A DNA stretch of 57,846 nucleotides, taken from the NCBI RefSeq assembly GCF_001194135.2, contig NC_068983.1, positions 82,556,350 to 82,614,195 on the forward strand, given 5' to 3'. The notes beneath the pieces were generated by a model. That model worked only from the letters and a program-made list of their open reading frames with translations. It did no database searches and was not told the DNA's origin. Positions within the stretch are counted from its first letter, which is position 1. The number at the start of each line of letters is the position of its first letter. The stretch comes from Octopus bimaculoides (Eukaryota). Both the position numbers and the translations under genes were made by a program. Positions 25,604 to 39,269 of this stretch are shown here, one piece after another.

Positions 25604-25970
25604 GGTTCAACGTCTAGACAGTAACAAAAGACAGGAAAACAAACATATGCACAATAATAAATGTCGCTAAATACCTATCAAGAAATTAAGTTGATTTAAT
25701 AGACTGTGTCCTTTACTACTTTATGTGATCTTGATTCAATGTTAGAATTCAATAATAATAAGATTTACCCTAAAAATTACTTAAGAGAATTTGATAAGCT
25801 ATTATTCAGCGTTTGAATGAAAATGCATACATTATATCAGTAGTAATTCATGTTTAAAACGTCGGCACAAAATCACAGGAAAACGTTTGAAATACCTTGC
25901 CACACGCATGTACAGTTATATTAATTTTCAATTGAATTTCTAATAGCATTATATATAGTTATCCATGAAA
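25604..25970 (+). repeat. About 360-bp segment with a near-identical inverted copy at 38695-39060
   Basis: GGTTCAACGTCTAGACAGTAACAAAAGAC..CTAATAGCATTATATATAG matches the reverse complement of 38695-39060. I count about 2 mismatches in the first ~300 bp and several in the last ~60 bp. Confidence 0.92.
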
Positions 25971-26572
25971 CGTTTCATTAGCGATCTTGTTATACATACA
26001 TACATACATACATACGCTTTAGTAATAACGAACGGGAAAACTATGAAATGATATAGACACTTGAGTGTAAAATTTATTTATTATCGTCCCTAATGAACAT
26101 CAGCAACTGAGGTTTCATGAGTTTGTGAAACCTCAAGCGCCGACACAATATAAATCTGATCATAAATGCGTGTGTGTGTGTGTGTTTGTGTATGTGTGCG
26201 CGCGTGCGCGTTAATGTATGTGTGGATGGGTCGGTATGCGTGTGTTGTGTGTGTGCGGGAATGGGTCGGTATGTGTGTATGTGTGTGCATATCAGTGTGT
26301 ATGTGCGCCTGTCTGTGTCTGTGCATATATACTTATACGCACAAATATATATGTATGCGTTTGGCGTTCGTTTAGATGTATCTGCATCAAGTTATTTCAC
26401 TTTGTCTCATAACATAATTATCTTAATCTTTTATTGCTATAAACTCTTGCTTATGAAGTCCTTTGTTTAATCTGCTAAAAGATACATTCCTGTTGTTATA
26501 GAAAGCCTGCGAAGACTATAGGATTAGTTCCTTCGACCAGACCAAAATACCAAAAGCACACGTACATGGGCA

Positions 26573-26792
26573 TACGATCGGGTGCTGAATCTTCCAGGTT
26601 TTAAGGATATCGCAAAAGACCTGGTTGGAACCACAACCTTCCGAGTTCTTCTACAGGGCTTAGAAAAACTGAATGACCGCTGGAAAAAGTGTGTGAATCT
26701 GAGAGGGAAATGTGTTCAATAAAATCATAATTAGCTGATCCTCCTGTATTTTCTTTTACCCAAAGCCAGGAACTTTTCAGCACCCATTCCTA
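26573..26792 (+). mobile_element. Mariner-derived MITE, second copy
   Basis: Colinear with 11255-11475 (TTAGAAAAACTGAA..GTGTGTGAATCTGAGAGGG..AATAAAATCATAA). Confidence 0.8.
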
Positions 26793-29024
26793 TATGTCTT
26801 TATAATATCTATTTCTCTAGTGAATATATGAATGCAACGCGTTTCAATATTCTCATCCATAAATCCATCAGGGGCTTGAGACATAATGCTTTATATCTCT
26901 TGTAGTGGTAATATGGTATGCAATAGCTTTCACAGAAATCATTGTTATATTTTGAGATATTACTTCGATATCAGATGTAACCAAGCAATTGAGTTGTAAT
27001 TATATTATGATAATAGAAACGATTGTATATGTCGTATTTAATTCCACATTGACAATATCATGTGACTCTGCTAATTGGTAAATACCATCTAACAAGCATC
27101 TTCACAAAAGATATATGAATCTAACACTACAAGATTCGTCTCTCCAGTGTATCGTATCTCAGTTGAAATTGCATCTAGGCTAATAATGTTTTTAACCTTT
27201 ATCTTCGAACATTAATAAATTGACAGTCACAAGATTCCCAGTTGTAACCATCTCACTTTATTTACGTAGAATTATAAGGGAAATCATATTCTTACTTTTG
27301 TCTTTCAAAGCAATCTGAGGCTTTGTGTATATGCAAAAGGAAAAACAAAAAAAGGGAGAGAGTGAAAAAAGACAAAAAAAGAAAATCTATATTAGATTCA
27401 CGATAAAAATAATTGAAATTAAGCTAGTTGTAAGTTAATTGTGAGAGATAAAAGACTAAATATTGTAATGCTTGTTACTATCTCTACTTAATTTATTCTA
27501 CTGTCTTTCCTTCTTGCAGTAGCATTTGAATTATAACAATAGTAAGCTGGCTTTTCAACCGAATCGTCAGAGCGCTGGATAGATTCCTTTGCAGTACTTG
27601 TTCAGGAACTCGGCGCTACACGTTCAAATCCTGCCGAACATAATTTTGACTTTCACCAGTTCTAAGTCGATAGAGAAAGTACAAGTCATATATTGATGTC
27701 TGGTATCGATGCCTATCTCTCTTTCACACCTCTTTTCTCTCACTGTCTGTTGAAATGTGCTGCGTGAAGAGGCCAAGAAAAAAAATTCTCATATGGTGGC
27801 ACCAACAATCCCTTCGTAACTATTCAAGTGGATATATCAAGAGGAAATAAAATAATGGTTACTTTTGACCTGCAACACGGTTCTGTACATTTAAGAAAGA
27901 AGAATTGGAATAGTCTTGGTTTTCATACCTTTCCCAAGAATATTAGTGTTGTAAGTAAACAAAAGAAGCGGAATTGAACCGAAACCACTTTGCGATTCTA
28001 CAGTGTCGATTTTTTTGTTGTACAATGCTTCCTCAATACAATTCTGTGTCTGTTCGTCCTTAGGTCAGATGTCATAAACGTTGGAAATGTCTATTCTTTC
28101 TTTTATTTGTATTAGTCAACTGACTGCAGTCATGCTATGGCAGTGCTTTGAAAAATTTATTACGAATGGATTCCAGTATTATTTTATAAGTGTGGTACTT
28201 AGGGGGCCGAAAACAAACCAACACCCAATCAAGTGGCACTTGGACAAAGCAACACATACCCTCTTTGCACATACATATATTTACACACACATACACACAT
28301 ACACACACATATATATACACAAATATATATGCGCACCAGTGGTGGCTCGTAGATAAAATTAATGAGAGTGCTGCTTCAGAAAAATTTTAGCCGTTATTTT
28401 AATATTGTGTAAAAGGAGACAAACATATAAAAAGAAAATTTATACATAAACTTGATCGGTTCGCGTTTTATCCACTGCCGGGTAGTGTGTTTAATTTGTT
28501 CACAGAAAATTGCCGCGAATTTCCCCTTGTTTTTCAAAAATCCCCACTAAATCACAAAATAAGGAGGGGAAATGTGCCCTATTTTTCAAATCCTGGCAAC
28601 AAAACTGAAGTTGGAAGCAGGATAATAATCTAATTCTACACTTTATCACATTCAAGAATATAAAACACGTTTTTAAGCACAACACACGCGGAGTCAAAAA
28701 GAAACACTACTTTTCACCCGGCACTGTCGTTCACTCAATGCTTTCTCTCTCCACAATGTGAAGCTTCCTATCTCGGACATGTGAGCATGCGCACAACAGC
28801 CAAACACTGTATCGCTGGAACTGTGAAGTGCACAGTTCTATACAAGGATGTTTGTATTTTTATCATAAACTAGGGGATGGCTGCTGACATTAAGCTTAAG
28901 GACTATATAGTGTACAAGTATAAAGAAAGAATTAAAGAAAAAAGGACTCATTATATTGAATGCTATCGATAACATTGAGTGAAAATAGGAGGTGCTGCAG
29001 TTCCGCAGTTCCTATACACGAGCC

Positions 29025-29175
29025 GCCACTGATACGCACATATACACGACGGGCTTCCACTCAGTTTCCGTCAACCAAATTCCCTCGTAAGGCATTGGTC
29101 ATCCCGGGGCTATAGTAGAAATTACTTCACCAAGGAGTCGTGCAGTAAAACTGAATCTAAAACACTAAACTTGTT
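29025..29175 (-). mobile_element. SINE family A head fragment
   Basis: GACGGGCTTCC..CAGTTTCCGTC.ACCAAAT..GGCTATAGTAGAA block shared with 50240-50330. Confidence 0.75.
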
Positions 29176-29494
29176 AACTACACAAATATTTCAGCCTGTG
29201 CAATAAATTTTTTTGAAATAATCTGAGATATACATGGCAATCGATCATAACCCATTAAGAATAGCAACCGAATTGCCTCCAAATGGTACCTTAAAAATGT
29301 AATAACACATTGAATAATTTTGTCTTGGACGCACGTAGCTTGCCAAAATAAAAATAAAAAATGAAGCAAAGAAAAGACGGAATAATCGCAGTTTGTAGGG
29401 CTTTGTACGTTGATCTGCTCGGCCTAGGCTGATCTGAGGCTTATGGGCACTAACAATAAAAGCAAACTGATGACGAAAAGAAACTAAAAGGTTT

Positions 29495-29695
29495 ACATAT
29501 TGGCACAAGGTCAGCAATTATGGAGGAGTGAGTAAGTCGGTTACATCAATACCAGCTCTCAACTGACGATTATTTTATCGACTCCGAAAGGATGAAAAGC
29601 AAATTCGACTTTGATGGAATGCGATCTCAGAACGTAAGAAATCCTGCTAAGGGTTTTGCCCGACGTGCTAATGGTTCTGCCGAGTCACCGCCTAT
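29495..29695 (-). mobile_element. SINE family C copy
   Basis: TTGGCACAAGG..TTTATCGAC.CCGAAAGGATGAAA..GCTAA..TTCTGCC..CACCGCC. Confidence 0.75.
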
Positions 29696-31092
29696 TTTAA
29701 GAAATAAATATTAAAATCAGTACTATCTGCAATTTTTCAAGAAGATTTATTAATATATTCCTAGTCCCTTTCTTTTTAAATAAATTTAGAAGCCCTTGTA
29801 GTCAAGCGTTTTAGCTTCATTATATACTTCTTCCAACAAAAAATGCTTTATTTATTTATTTTTCGAAAGTATTAATTCAGAAACTAATTTACTGTTAGCA
29901 GAGACTCGTTAGAAACTAAATATGCCGAGTGATTATTTTCTTGGCACGTATTATTCCGATGCAGTGCATGCCATGTTGTACAAATTAATTCGCGGTTAAT
30001 TTTTTTAATTGGGTAATTACGGTGAATAATTCAACATCATTCTTGCTGCTTCATCAAATGGCTACTTTATTAGTGTTTATTGCTTTCAATTAAATCTTTT
30101 ATTTGTTTCTGATTAGTAGCGCTTACAGAAGCAGCTGTAATGGCAGTTGTATTATTAACGTTGATATATTAAGTAAGTCTCTGCCGACATCGCAGAACAA
30201 TTTATCTGCGTGCTGAGTTTAACATCCGGTTTCGACTCCTAGTTAAAAACTATTCAATTTCATTTATGCTGCTAATTAATATTCTTGATAAATGCACGTA
30301 TGTCACACAAACTCATTCTCCTCTTACGTAAATTTATGTTTAAGAAATCAATATGCATACATACATATATAAGAGTGTATCTTGTAATACTGTTTCGTAG
30401 CATTCATGCCTTTCTATTTATTAAAACTAACAGTATACATGAGCTCATATGGAATTAAAAATTGCTTCCAGCTTCAGTTCTCAGGAAACATAACGTCACA
30501 TTACGTCACAATAAGTTTACATACATATATACATACATACATGTAAAGCTGCATATCGTCACATTGCAGTTCCTATTACACTAGATTTTCCTTATATTAA
30601 GCACAGATCTCGACATTGCTCGAGGCCGAAACTGTTAACTTTATTAACCCTTCATTAAGGATAATATTGGTGTTCATACAGTGAATAGAAAACGTATTGC
30701 AGAGTGCAGTTCACTGGGATTGTTTTTTACGCCTGTGGTTTCTTAACATCGCACAACAAACATATTAAAATTGTAATTTTTAGCAAAATGTGAATAATAC
30801 CAACTATAAATCTAAACAAAGTATTGAAAACTGTGCTTTTGATATTCAATATTAAATTAATTAAGGAAATAACTAGGTCCAGAAGTGTTTCGAATTTCGA
30901 AACGACTAGTTTTAGCAGTTTCACTTTGTGACGTTATTGCTTTTCACTTCAGTTTCTCAACCAAATAAACCAGCTCCATTGTTGTTGCTGCTATTGTAGT
31001 CCCTGTTGATTTTATTTAACCTCATCCCAGCGATGTTCGAACAAATCTGTAATCAAAGATGCCTCAGTTATGCTCATGTTATCTTTGTTCAG

Positions 31093-31232
31093 ATTTAATG
31101 AATCTAGGACCAGATTATCCAATATTTTCTTCTTTTGAAGATAGGATAGAATTTGAGGGAAGTTTGACAGCTGTTTCTAGCCGGTTCAACAAACATAAAG
31201 ACACCATTGCTGGATTGTTTAACTCAATGGTG
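31093..31232 (+). CDS. Candidate internal coding exon of an unidentified gene
   Basis: Acceptor TTATCTTTGTTCAG, donor GTG|GTAAGC, 140 bp open: (D)LMNLGPDYPIFSSFEDRIEFEGSLTAVSSRFNKHKDTIAGLFNSMV. Protein-like composition, family not recognised. Confidence 0.5.
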
Positions 31233-31471
31233 GTAAGCTATCGAGCAGCAGCGAAGACAGTATCTGATGACCACTTCATTAACTTTCTATGTTAAAGAAC
31301 TCGATGTACGTACGGGCGGAGGCTGAAGTCTCTTTTTTCTTTTTTTTTTTTAGATAACTTTCATTTAATCGCTTCATGAAGATGTCACAATGAGTTTACA
31401 TAGATACATACATACATTTAAAGATGCATATCTAATGAATGACTTCCACATACCTCATAGTTAAAATGAAC

Positions 31472-31536
<65 letters not shown>

Positions 31537-31540
31537 TAAT
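31472..31540. repeat. (AAT)n microsatellite
   Basis: Direct reading. Confidence 0.95.
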
Positions 31541-33003
31541 AACAATGACGACGATCACAGCATCATCATATGCAAGCGAAAAGATGAGCAAAAAGTCAAT
31601 ATCTAAACAGATTAACAAACAAAGAACGCGAAACCTACATTTCAAATCCAAACATTCCAAATGCTTAAACAATATTTTGGTTTAGTAGAACGCCCGTTAA
31701 GTCGCTTTGGTGCCTGGCGAAATTTTTAAGCATTTTCGTATTTATAAATTTTATATCTACGTATTATAAAATGTATTTTTAGCGTATATATATATGTGTG
31801 TATGTGTGTATGTGTGTGTACTTTTAAATCTATATATGTATGTATGTACGCATGTAAGCATATAAATGGATGATACAGCGATTATACCTAGTGTTTGAGT
31901 ATATATATTTATATATATAGTGAATTTTTAAAAATTTTGTGTATATTATGTGAAGATTTATGTATTCATGTAAGCATAACGACAAAATACATGTATGCTT
32001 GTGTGTATGTGTGCGCGTGTGTGTGTGTGTGTGTGTTTACATACACATACATATACACACATATGTATATATGTGTGTAAGTAAATAAATTTTTTTGTAT
32101 ATTGTTTCCAGATATCAAAGTAAAAGTTGGCAAGGGTAAATCTTTAAATCCATTTTAAGTATTAAAAAGAACAACAACAACAACAACAAGAATAAAAGCC
32201 AAAAGAAGAAAAGAAAAGAGTGCGATGGAACGGAAAGGGATTGGAGTGTAAAGTGAAAGAAAGAATTGAAGACAGAGAGGACAGAAGACGCTGAACGAGG
32301 AAATAAGAGAGAAAGATCGAAAGAGAGAAAAAGAGAAATGAAGAAGGGGTGAAAGAAAGAAACAAAGAAAGAAGGTAATCGGAATAGACAATACAGATTT
32401 GTACTGCTTATAGAGAGCTTTGGGAACAATCTGTCCAAGAGTTGGCCGCAAAGTCGTAGGAATATAAGCTGATTTTCTTGAGAAAATATCAAATTTTGTC
32501 TTTTTTTTTTAAATTACTGTATCTAATTCTTTTGAAAAATAACCGTAATTTTTACTTGCTTATTTGTTCTACGGTTCTTTTGTAATTTTTTTTTTCTAAA
32601 ATAATATTTTGTTATATTTATTTTTTTTTGTTATAGTTTATTTGTTGGTGTTGCTTTTGTTTTCGTAATTTCATTTTATATTTTTATTATTATTTTAAAT
32701 GTATACAAAACTATTAGACAACGGAAGAGAAATGACAACTTGTATTTCGTTAAGTTTGATCTTATGACATGGATAAATAAATATACAACCATTACTAGTA
32801 AAACATATTTAAAACAAAATAAAAAGCAATTCCTGCCCTCACCTCTGCCCAAAATGAATAACTTATAGTATCCTCCTATTCTCTGCAATATTTAAGCGTT
32901 TTCCATTTCCACCACCTCAATCAATGTCCTGATAGTTCATGTAGAACTCTCACAGTTCTTTGTTATTGATAAACTTAAAGGTTTTCCTTCTCATTTTTAC
33001 ATG

Positions 33004-33760
33004 TATTAGGTTGTTCGGAAAATAATGGCTGATTTTAAAAATAAGCCTATATTCTTCAAAAACAACTGTACAAAAGTTTAATTATTCAAAATAAGATCCC
33101 TGAAGAGCTATGCATTTTCCCCATAGATTAACAAGGTCATTTATGCCTCTTCGATAAAATCCAAAGATTTTGATGCCAAGCAAATCTTGAATTCAGCTTC
33201 GACATTGGTTTTGGTACGGAAGGTGTTTTGCCTTAAAAATAATTGTCTAGATGCTTGAAAAAGTGGTAGTCAGTGGGTGAAAGATCAGGAGAATATAGAA
33301 TATGTGGCGAAATCTTGTATTACAAGTTTGTGAGCTTCTGAAATGTCATTCTGGAAACGTGCGGTCGAGCATTGTCGTAGAGCAGAATTAGACCACGTCG
33401 ATTAACAAGTGAAGGTCTCCTTTTGTTCAAGTAAACATGCATTTCTTCCAGTTGCTTACACTAAACTTTCCATGTAATGCTCTGGTTAGGTGTACTATTT
33501 TCAAATGCTGATCTTCAAGGGTGGATAGGCGCCCTCTACCTTATTGACCTTTAAGGCTCTTAATCTCACTGCGGAATCTCTCAAGCCACCGTCTTACCGC
33601 CCGATCAATAGTGGACCCTTTACCCCCATGCTCCGTTGATATTGGCGGTTCTTTGGGAAGCATTATTTCCAAGCTTGAATTCATGCAAAAGAAGTAAACG
33701 CATATTTTTTTTTTTTCTTTCATGTTTGAAATTAAGGATTTCTGCGCTTCGGAATTAACT
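33004..33760 (-). mobile_element. Internally deleted mariner element
   Basis: Minus strand has an N-terminal HTH remnant (GSTIDRAVRRWLERFRS..GRGR) joined to C-terminal DNARP and YSPDLSPTDYHFFKHL. TIR TATTAGGTTGTTCGGAAAATAATGGC at 33004. Confidence 0.88.
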
Positions 33761-34634
33761 TCTGAAAGAAATCAATCAAAATTTATTAAAGAGTATACAT
33801 CAATTATTAAGCTTGTAAAATTTTGTCTAAAACACTACAAAAATAACATCTAAAATTTCCCAAATTATCCTAACCACCTGGTCATAAAGATGTTAAAATG
33901 TTTAGGTTTCTATTCATTACTTATTCATTTCTTCTTAACTTTCTATCGATCGACTGATCGATACACTGCTCCCCACCAACATGGTTGGAAAGTGGACTTC
34001 TGAAGTATACATCAAACACAACTCACTGCATGGATATTTGGAGTTGATTTGGTAGATGGAAAGAAGCCCGTCCTGTGTATAAATGTATGTGTGTATTTAT
34101 ACATATATTTGTATTTATGAGGGTGTATGCGCGCGTGTGAGTTTTTGTCTTGACATCATACTATAGTTGTAAATGAACGTCACTCTCATTACGTGGTGTC
34201 GTATATTTCCTGTCTTTCGAAAAAAAAAATGTCCGCCCATGGTGATATATTACCTTGCATGGGAAAGGGTGGTGGTTGGCGACAAGAAGGGCATCCGTTT
34301 GCAGAAAATCTGCCTCAACAAATTCTTTCAGACGCTTGCAAGCATAGAAAAATTATTGTTTCAAACGATGACATATATGTATTTTAGAGATAGATATATT
34401 AATGACATAAGATTCAACATATCCACAATTACAAAATGATTTGAATTTAAACGTCGGCCTATTTGAGAAGAAAGTGAAAGCTTTTATGAATGTATGTGTG
34501 TTTATGCGTGTGTGTTTGTGTGAATGTGTTTGTGTGCGCACGAGTGTATGTCTCAACAAACAATGTAAACAGCAGCAGCAGCAGTAGCAGCACAATCACC
34601 ACTTATCTCTTTGCTCTAGGTGCTGCATATCGAT

Positions 34635-35010
34635 CTAATGCTAAGTTGTGGCACTCTGTCGCTTACGACGACGTGGGTTCCAGTTAATCCAATCAACGGA
34701 ACAGCCTGCTCGTGAAATTAACATGCAAGTGGCTGAGCACTCCACAGACACGTGTACCCTTAACATAGTTCTCGGGGAGATTCAGTGTGACACCCACATA
34801 GGTAAATACAAGTAAACAGAAACAAGAAGAAAGAGTGAGAGAAAGTTGTGGTGAAAGAGTACAGCAGGGTTCACCACCGCCTCCTGTCGGAGCCTCGTGG
34901 AACTTTAGGTGTTTTCGTTCGATAAACACTCACAACGCCCAATCTGGGAATCGAAACTGCGATCCTATGACTGCGAGTCCACTGCCTTAACCACTGGGCC
35001 ATTGCACCTT
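34635..35010 (-). mobile_element. tRNA-derived SINE family D
   Basis: Reverse complement begins AGGTGCAATGGCCCAGTGGTTAAGGCAGTGGACTCGCAGTCATAGGATCGCAGTTTCGATTCCCAG (A and B boxes), followed by about 300 bp of body and tail. Confidence 0.8.
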
Positions 35011-35469
35011 TAATGGTAAGTGCTTCTAGCTACAGCTCTGAAAATAGGGGTTACAAATCATTTCGTTGAGATTGGTAAGCCACGGTGAAATTTAAACACA
35101 ATACAATGAACCGGAACAAATGCAACAAGACATCTCGCTCAAGGTTGATACAGTTCACCATATTACTAGGTGAGGCTATTACTTGATTGATTTAGCCTCG
35201 ATATGATCAAAATTGAAGTACACCTTGGCAGAATTTGAACTCAGACGGCAAATAGCCGGAATGAATACAGCAGGTGTTTCGTCCAACGTTTCTTCGATTC
35301 ACCGATTTAGTACATAAGCATCTTCGAGAAGACCGAAGAAGATGGTAATCTAAATTACTTGCATTAGACTTTTCATTTTCGTTCATGCGGACAAAGATAT
35401 TGTGAACCAGTGACAGACCTCTTGGAAACTTGTAACAAGCGGCGTCATTATTTACAAAATGTGATACGA

Positions 35470-35680
35470 AATATTGGGTTCGAATTTTGGCACAAAGCCA
35501 GCAACTTCGAGGTAAGGGGGAAATCGATTACAACGACCCCAGTGCTTCACTGGTAATTATTTTATCGACCTCGAAAGAATGAAAGGTTAAATTAACCTCG
35601 GCGGAATTTGAACTCAGAATGTAAAAACGAACGAAATGCCGCTAAGCATTTTGCTTGGTGTGCTAATGATTCTGCCAGCT
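35470..35680 (-). mobile_element. SINE family C copy
   Basis: Colinear with 16435-16666. Confidence 0.8.
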
Positions 35681-35841
35681 CAAAATATTGATAAAAATAA
35701 CCTTCTATCTACATACCTCTTTGACCATTCCATCTGTTTATTTAGCTCCATATATTTTTATTTCTTCGACCATTCTATCTATTTATCTATCTCCATTTTC
35801 TTGTTTATTTTACAGTATATATCCATCACTCCCTCTCTCAG

Positions 35842-35888
<47 letters not shown>

Positions 35889-36894
35889 ACAATTATTTTG
35901 CTGTACGTTCTTTTTCCCTTCCATCGCCCAATATCAACATTATTTCTATTCGTCTCAATTTTGTAACTTAGGCCTTCAGAAGAACGAAAGCTTATTTTCT
36001 GGAATATTAATAAAAGGTCAATTCCGTCGAAGTCGGCTTGCCTTTCATCCTTTTGTGGTCGGGAAAATAAGTACCAGCTGAGCACTGGGGTCAATGAAAC
36101 CAATATTAGGTAAGTTGATGTTGGTGTTGGAGATCGGACTGACATCAATCGGGGAGACATTAGCGACATTAGCGACAACAGCTATGAAGATTGTAGTTGT
36201 CGTAGGGCGGCGTTACTGCTGGTGGTGGTGTCAGTAAAATTTCTAGAGGAAGTAAAGAAGTAAATTCATTCAAAAACGTTGTTAGTGGAGCGAGACGTGA
36301 CCCAGGAAAATGGAGAAGATATTTGTAGACACGTACACACGCACTCGCAAACGCGCGCACACTTGAACTTTTCCGTCTACTTATATTTCTGAATGTACTT
36401 ATGTATGATATATGTATGTATGATGTATGTATGTTTATATGAATATATGCATGCTTGAATGTATACAAAGTTGCAAACATGCATACAGACATGCAGATAG
36501 ATAGGTACACAGAGTAGGATAAGGAAAAGGCGAGTAAGAAAGACAAACGATTCTATATATACATGAAGGATGAGGAGAAAATAGGCCTTGAAGAGCAGGG
36601 GTTGAAGGTTAAAATGAAGAGGAGAAAAAATGGAGAGGGGAAGGCGAAACATGGGGAGACAGGACAGAGGATTTTAGGAAATTTTGAGAGATAGAAAGAG
36701 GGAACAGCTTAAACCTCTGAGCGCCTATTTAAGTGAAATGGTGGGGAAGGTGATCAGGCTTAGGGATAAGGATTAGTGAAGCGTGTAGCAATGAGTATCT
36801 CCAAGGAATATGATCGCAACGGAATATCAGAACGTATGCAAGGCACACACATATATGGACAGAAAGAGATACGAAGATAGATTGCTAGATAGTT

Positions 36895-36925
<31 letters not shown>

Positions 36926-37563
36926 TACAAACGTATGTATCCATGTATTCATATTCAAACATGACCACATTTATATATANNNNNNNNNNNNNNNNNNNNN
37001 NNNNNNNNNNNNNNNNNNNNNNNNNNNNNNNNNNNNNNNNNNNNNNNNNNNNNNNNNNNNNNNNNNNNNNNNNNNNNNNNNNNNNNNNNNNNNNNNNNNN
37101 NNNNNNNNNNNNNNNNNNNNNNNNNNNNNNNNNNNNNNNNNNNNNNNNNNNNNNNNNNNNNNNNNNNNNNNNNNNNNNNNNNNNNNNNNNNNNNNNNNNN
37201 NNNNNNNNNNNNNNNNNNNNNNNNNNNNNNNNNNNNNNNNNNNNNNNNNNNNNNNNNNNNNNNNNNNNNNNNNNNNNNNNNNNNNNNNNNNNNNNNNNNN
37301 NNNNNNNNNNNNNNNNNNNNNNNNNNNNNNNNNNNNNNNNNNNNNNNNNNNNNNNNNNNNNNNNNNNNNNNNNNNNNNNNNNNNNNNNNNNNNNNNNNNN
37401 NNNNNNNNNNNNNNNNNNNNNNNNNNNNNNNNNNNNNNNNNNNNNNNNNNNNNNNNNNNNNNNNNNNNNNNNNNNNNNNNNNNNNNNNNNNNNNNNNNNN
37501 NNNNNNNNNNNNNNNNNNNNNNNNNNNNNNNNNNNTATATATATGTATGTATATATATATATG

Positions 37564-37949
37564 TACTCTTTTACGTCATTTGACTGCGGCCATGCTGGAG
37601 CACAGCCATTTAGTCGAACATATCGACCCCAGGACTTATTCTTTGTAAGCCTAGTACTTATTCTATCGGTCTTTTTTGCCGAACCGCTAAGTTACGGGGA
37701 CGTAAACACACCAGCATCGGTTGTCAAGCGATGTTGGGGGATAAACACAGAAACACAAACATATACACACACATGCATATGTATATACGACGGGCTTCTT
37801 TCAGTTTTCGTCTACCAAATCCACTCACAAGGCTTTTGGTGGGCCCGAGGCTATAGTAAAAGCACTTGCCCAAGGTGCCAAACAGTGGGACTGACCCGGA
37901 ACCATATGGTTGGGACGCAAGCTTCTTACTACACAGCCACTCCTACGCC
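37564..37949 (-). mobile_element. SINE family A, near full length
   Basis: Colinear with 50009-50413, including the internal (TA/CA) microsatellite. Confidence 0.9.
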
Positions 37950-38104
37950 TATATATAAAAAAAATATGTATGCGTGTCTATATACATTTGCACATATAAA
38001 TACTTATGTATATATATAAATGTATATATATATACATATATATATGTATATATATATGTATATCTACATATATATATAAATATATACACATGCATTTACA
38101 TATG

Positions 38105-38168
<64 letters not shown>

Positions 38169-38215
38169 NNNNNNNNNNNNNNNNNNNNNNNNNNNNNNNN
38201 NNNNNNNNNNNNNNN

Positions 38216-38251
<36 letters not shown>

Positions 38252-38694
38252 TAAAGTGTGGCAAGGTGGACGACGAAGGAGCATACGGAAAGCAGGAAAA
38301 CAGAAACACACAATTGATGATGTGGACACGTTGAATGCTTCATTTATCGACCAATGATAATCACAGATAATATTGTTCAATTTGGAGATGTCAGCAATGG
38401 AAGCTGTTGAGTTATAAATGAGCACACTTGAAAGACGAGAACGAACAAATAAGATTGTAAAATATATAAAACGGAAGAGCAAGGGCAGTAACGAAAGCCT
38501 TTCGTCTATACGACAGAGTGACGACATGGGCAAAAGAAACACTATGAGAAAAATAGTAATCCTAAGATATATATATGTATGTGTACGCGCGCGCGCGCAT
38601 ACCCATTTCTGTGATAAAGGTACATCAAGCACATGCATCACCGCTATATGTGCGCAACATAGTGATCTCATACCAAGATAAACGGCGTATAACT

Positions 38695-39060
38695 TTGATA
38701 GATAGCTATATATAATACTATTAGAAATTCAATTGAAAATTAATATAACTTTACGTGCGTGTGGCAAGGTATTTCAAACGTTTTCCTGTGATTTTGTGCC
38801 GACGTTTTAAACATGAATTACTACTGATATAATGTATGCATTTTCATTCAAACGCTGAATAATAGCTTATCAAATTCTCTTAAGTAATTTTTAGGGTAAA
38901 TCTTATTATTATTGAATTCTAACATTGAATCAAGATCACATAAAGTAGTAAAGGACACAGTCTATTAAATCAACTTAATTTCTTGATTGGTATTTAGCGA
39001 CATTTATTATTGTGCATATGTTTGTTTTCCTGTCTTTTGTTACTGTCTAGACTTTGAACC
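38695..39060 (-). repeat. Inverted copy of the 25604-25970 segment
   Basis: See the 25604-25970 feature. Both copies abut a (GAA/TTC)n tract. Confidence 0.92.
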
Positions 39061-39156
39061 TTCTTCTTCTTCTTCTTCTTCTTCTTCTTCTTCTTCTTCT
39101 TCTTCTTCTTCTTCTTCTTCTTCTTCTTCTTCTTCTTCTTCTTTTTCTTCTTCTTC

Positions 39157-39250
<94 letters not shown>

Positions 39251-39268
39251 CTTCATCATCATCATCAT
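39061..39268. repeat. (TTC)n(TTA)n(TCA)n compound microsatellite
   Basis: Direct reading. Confidence 0.95.
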
Positions 39269-39269
39269 T

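Noticed and set aside
31025-31225. Alternative minus-strand open frame (GVFMFVEPARNSCQTSLKFYPIFKRRK..)
   Set aside because: Lacks a good acceptor and has a weak donor. The plus-strand exon has much better splice signals.
38471-38510. CGGAAGA..GAAAGCCTTTCGTC hammerhead-like string
   Set aside because: Core mismatch, with no convincing stem I or II.
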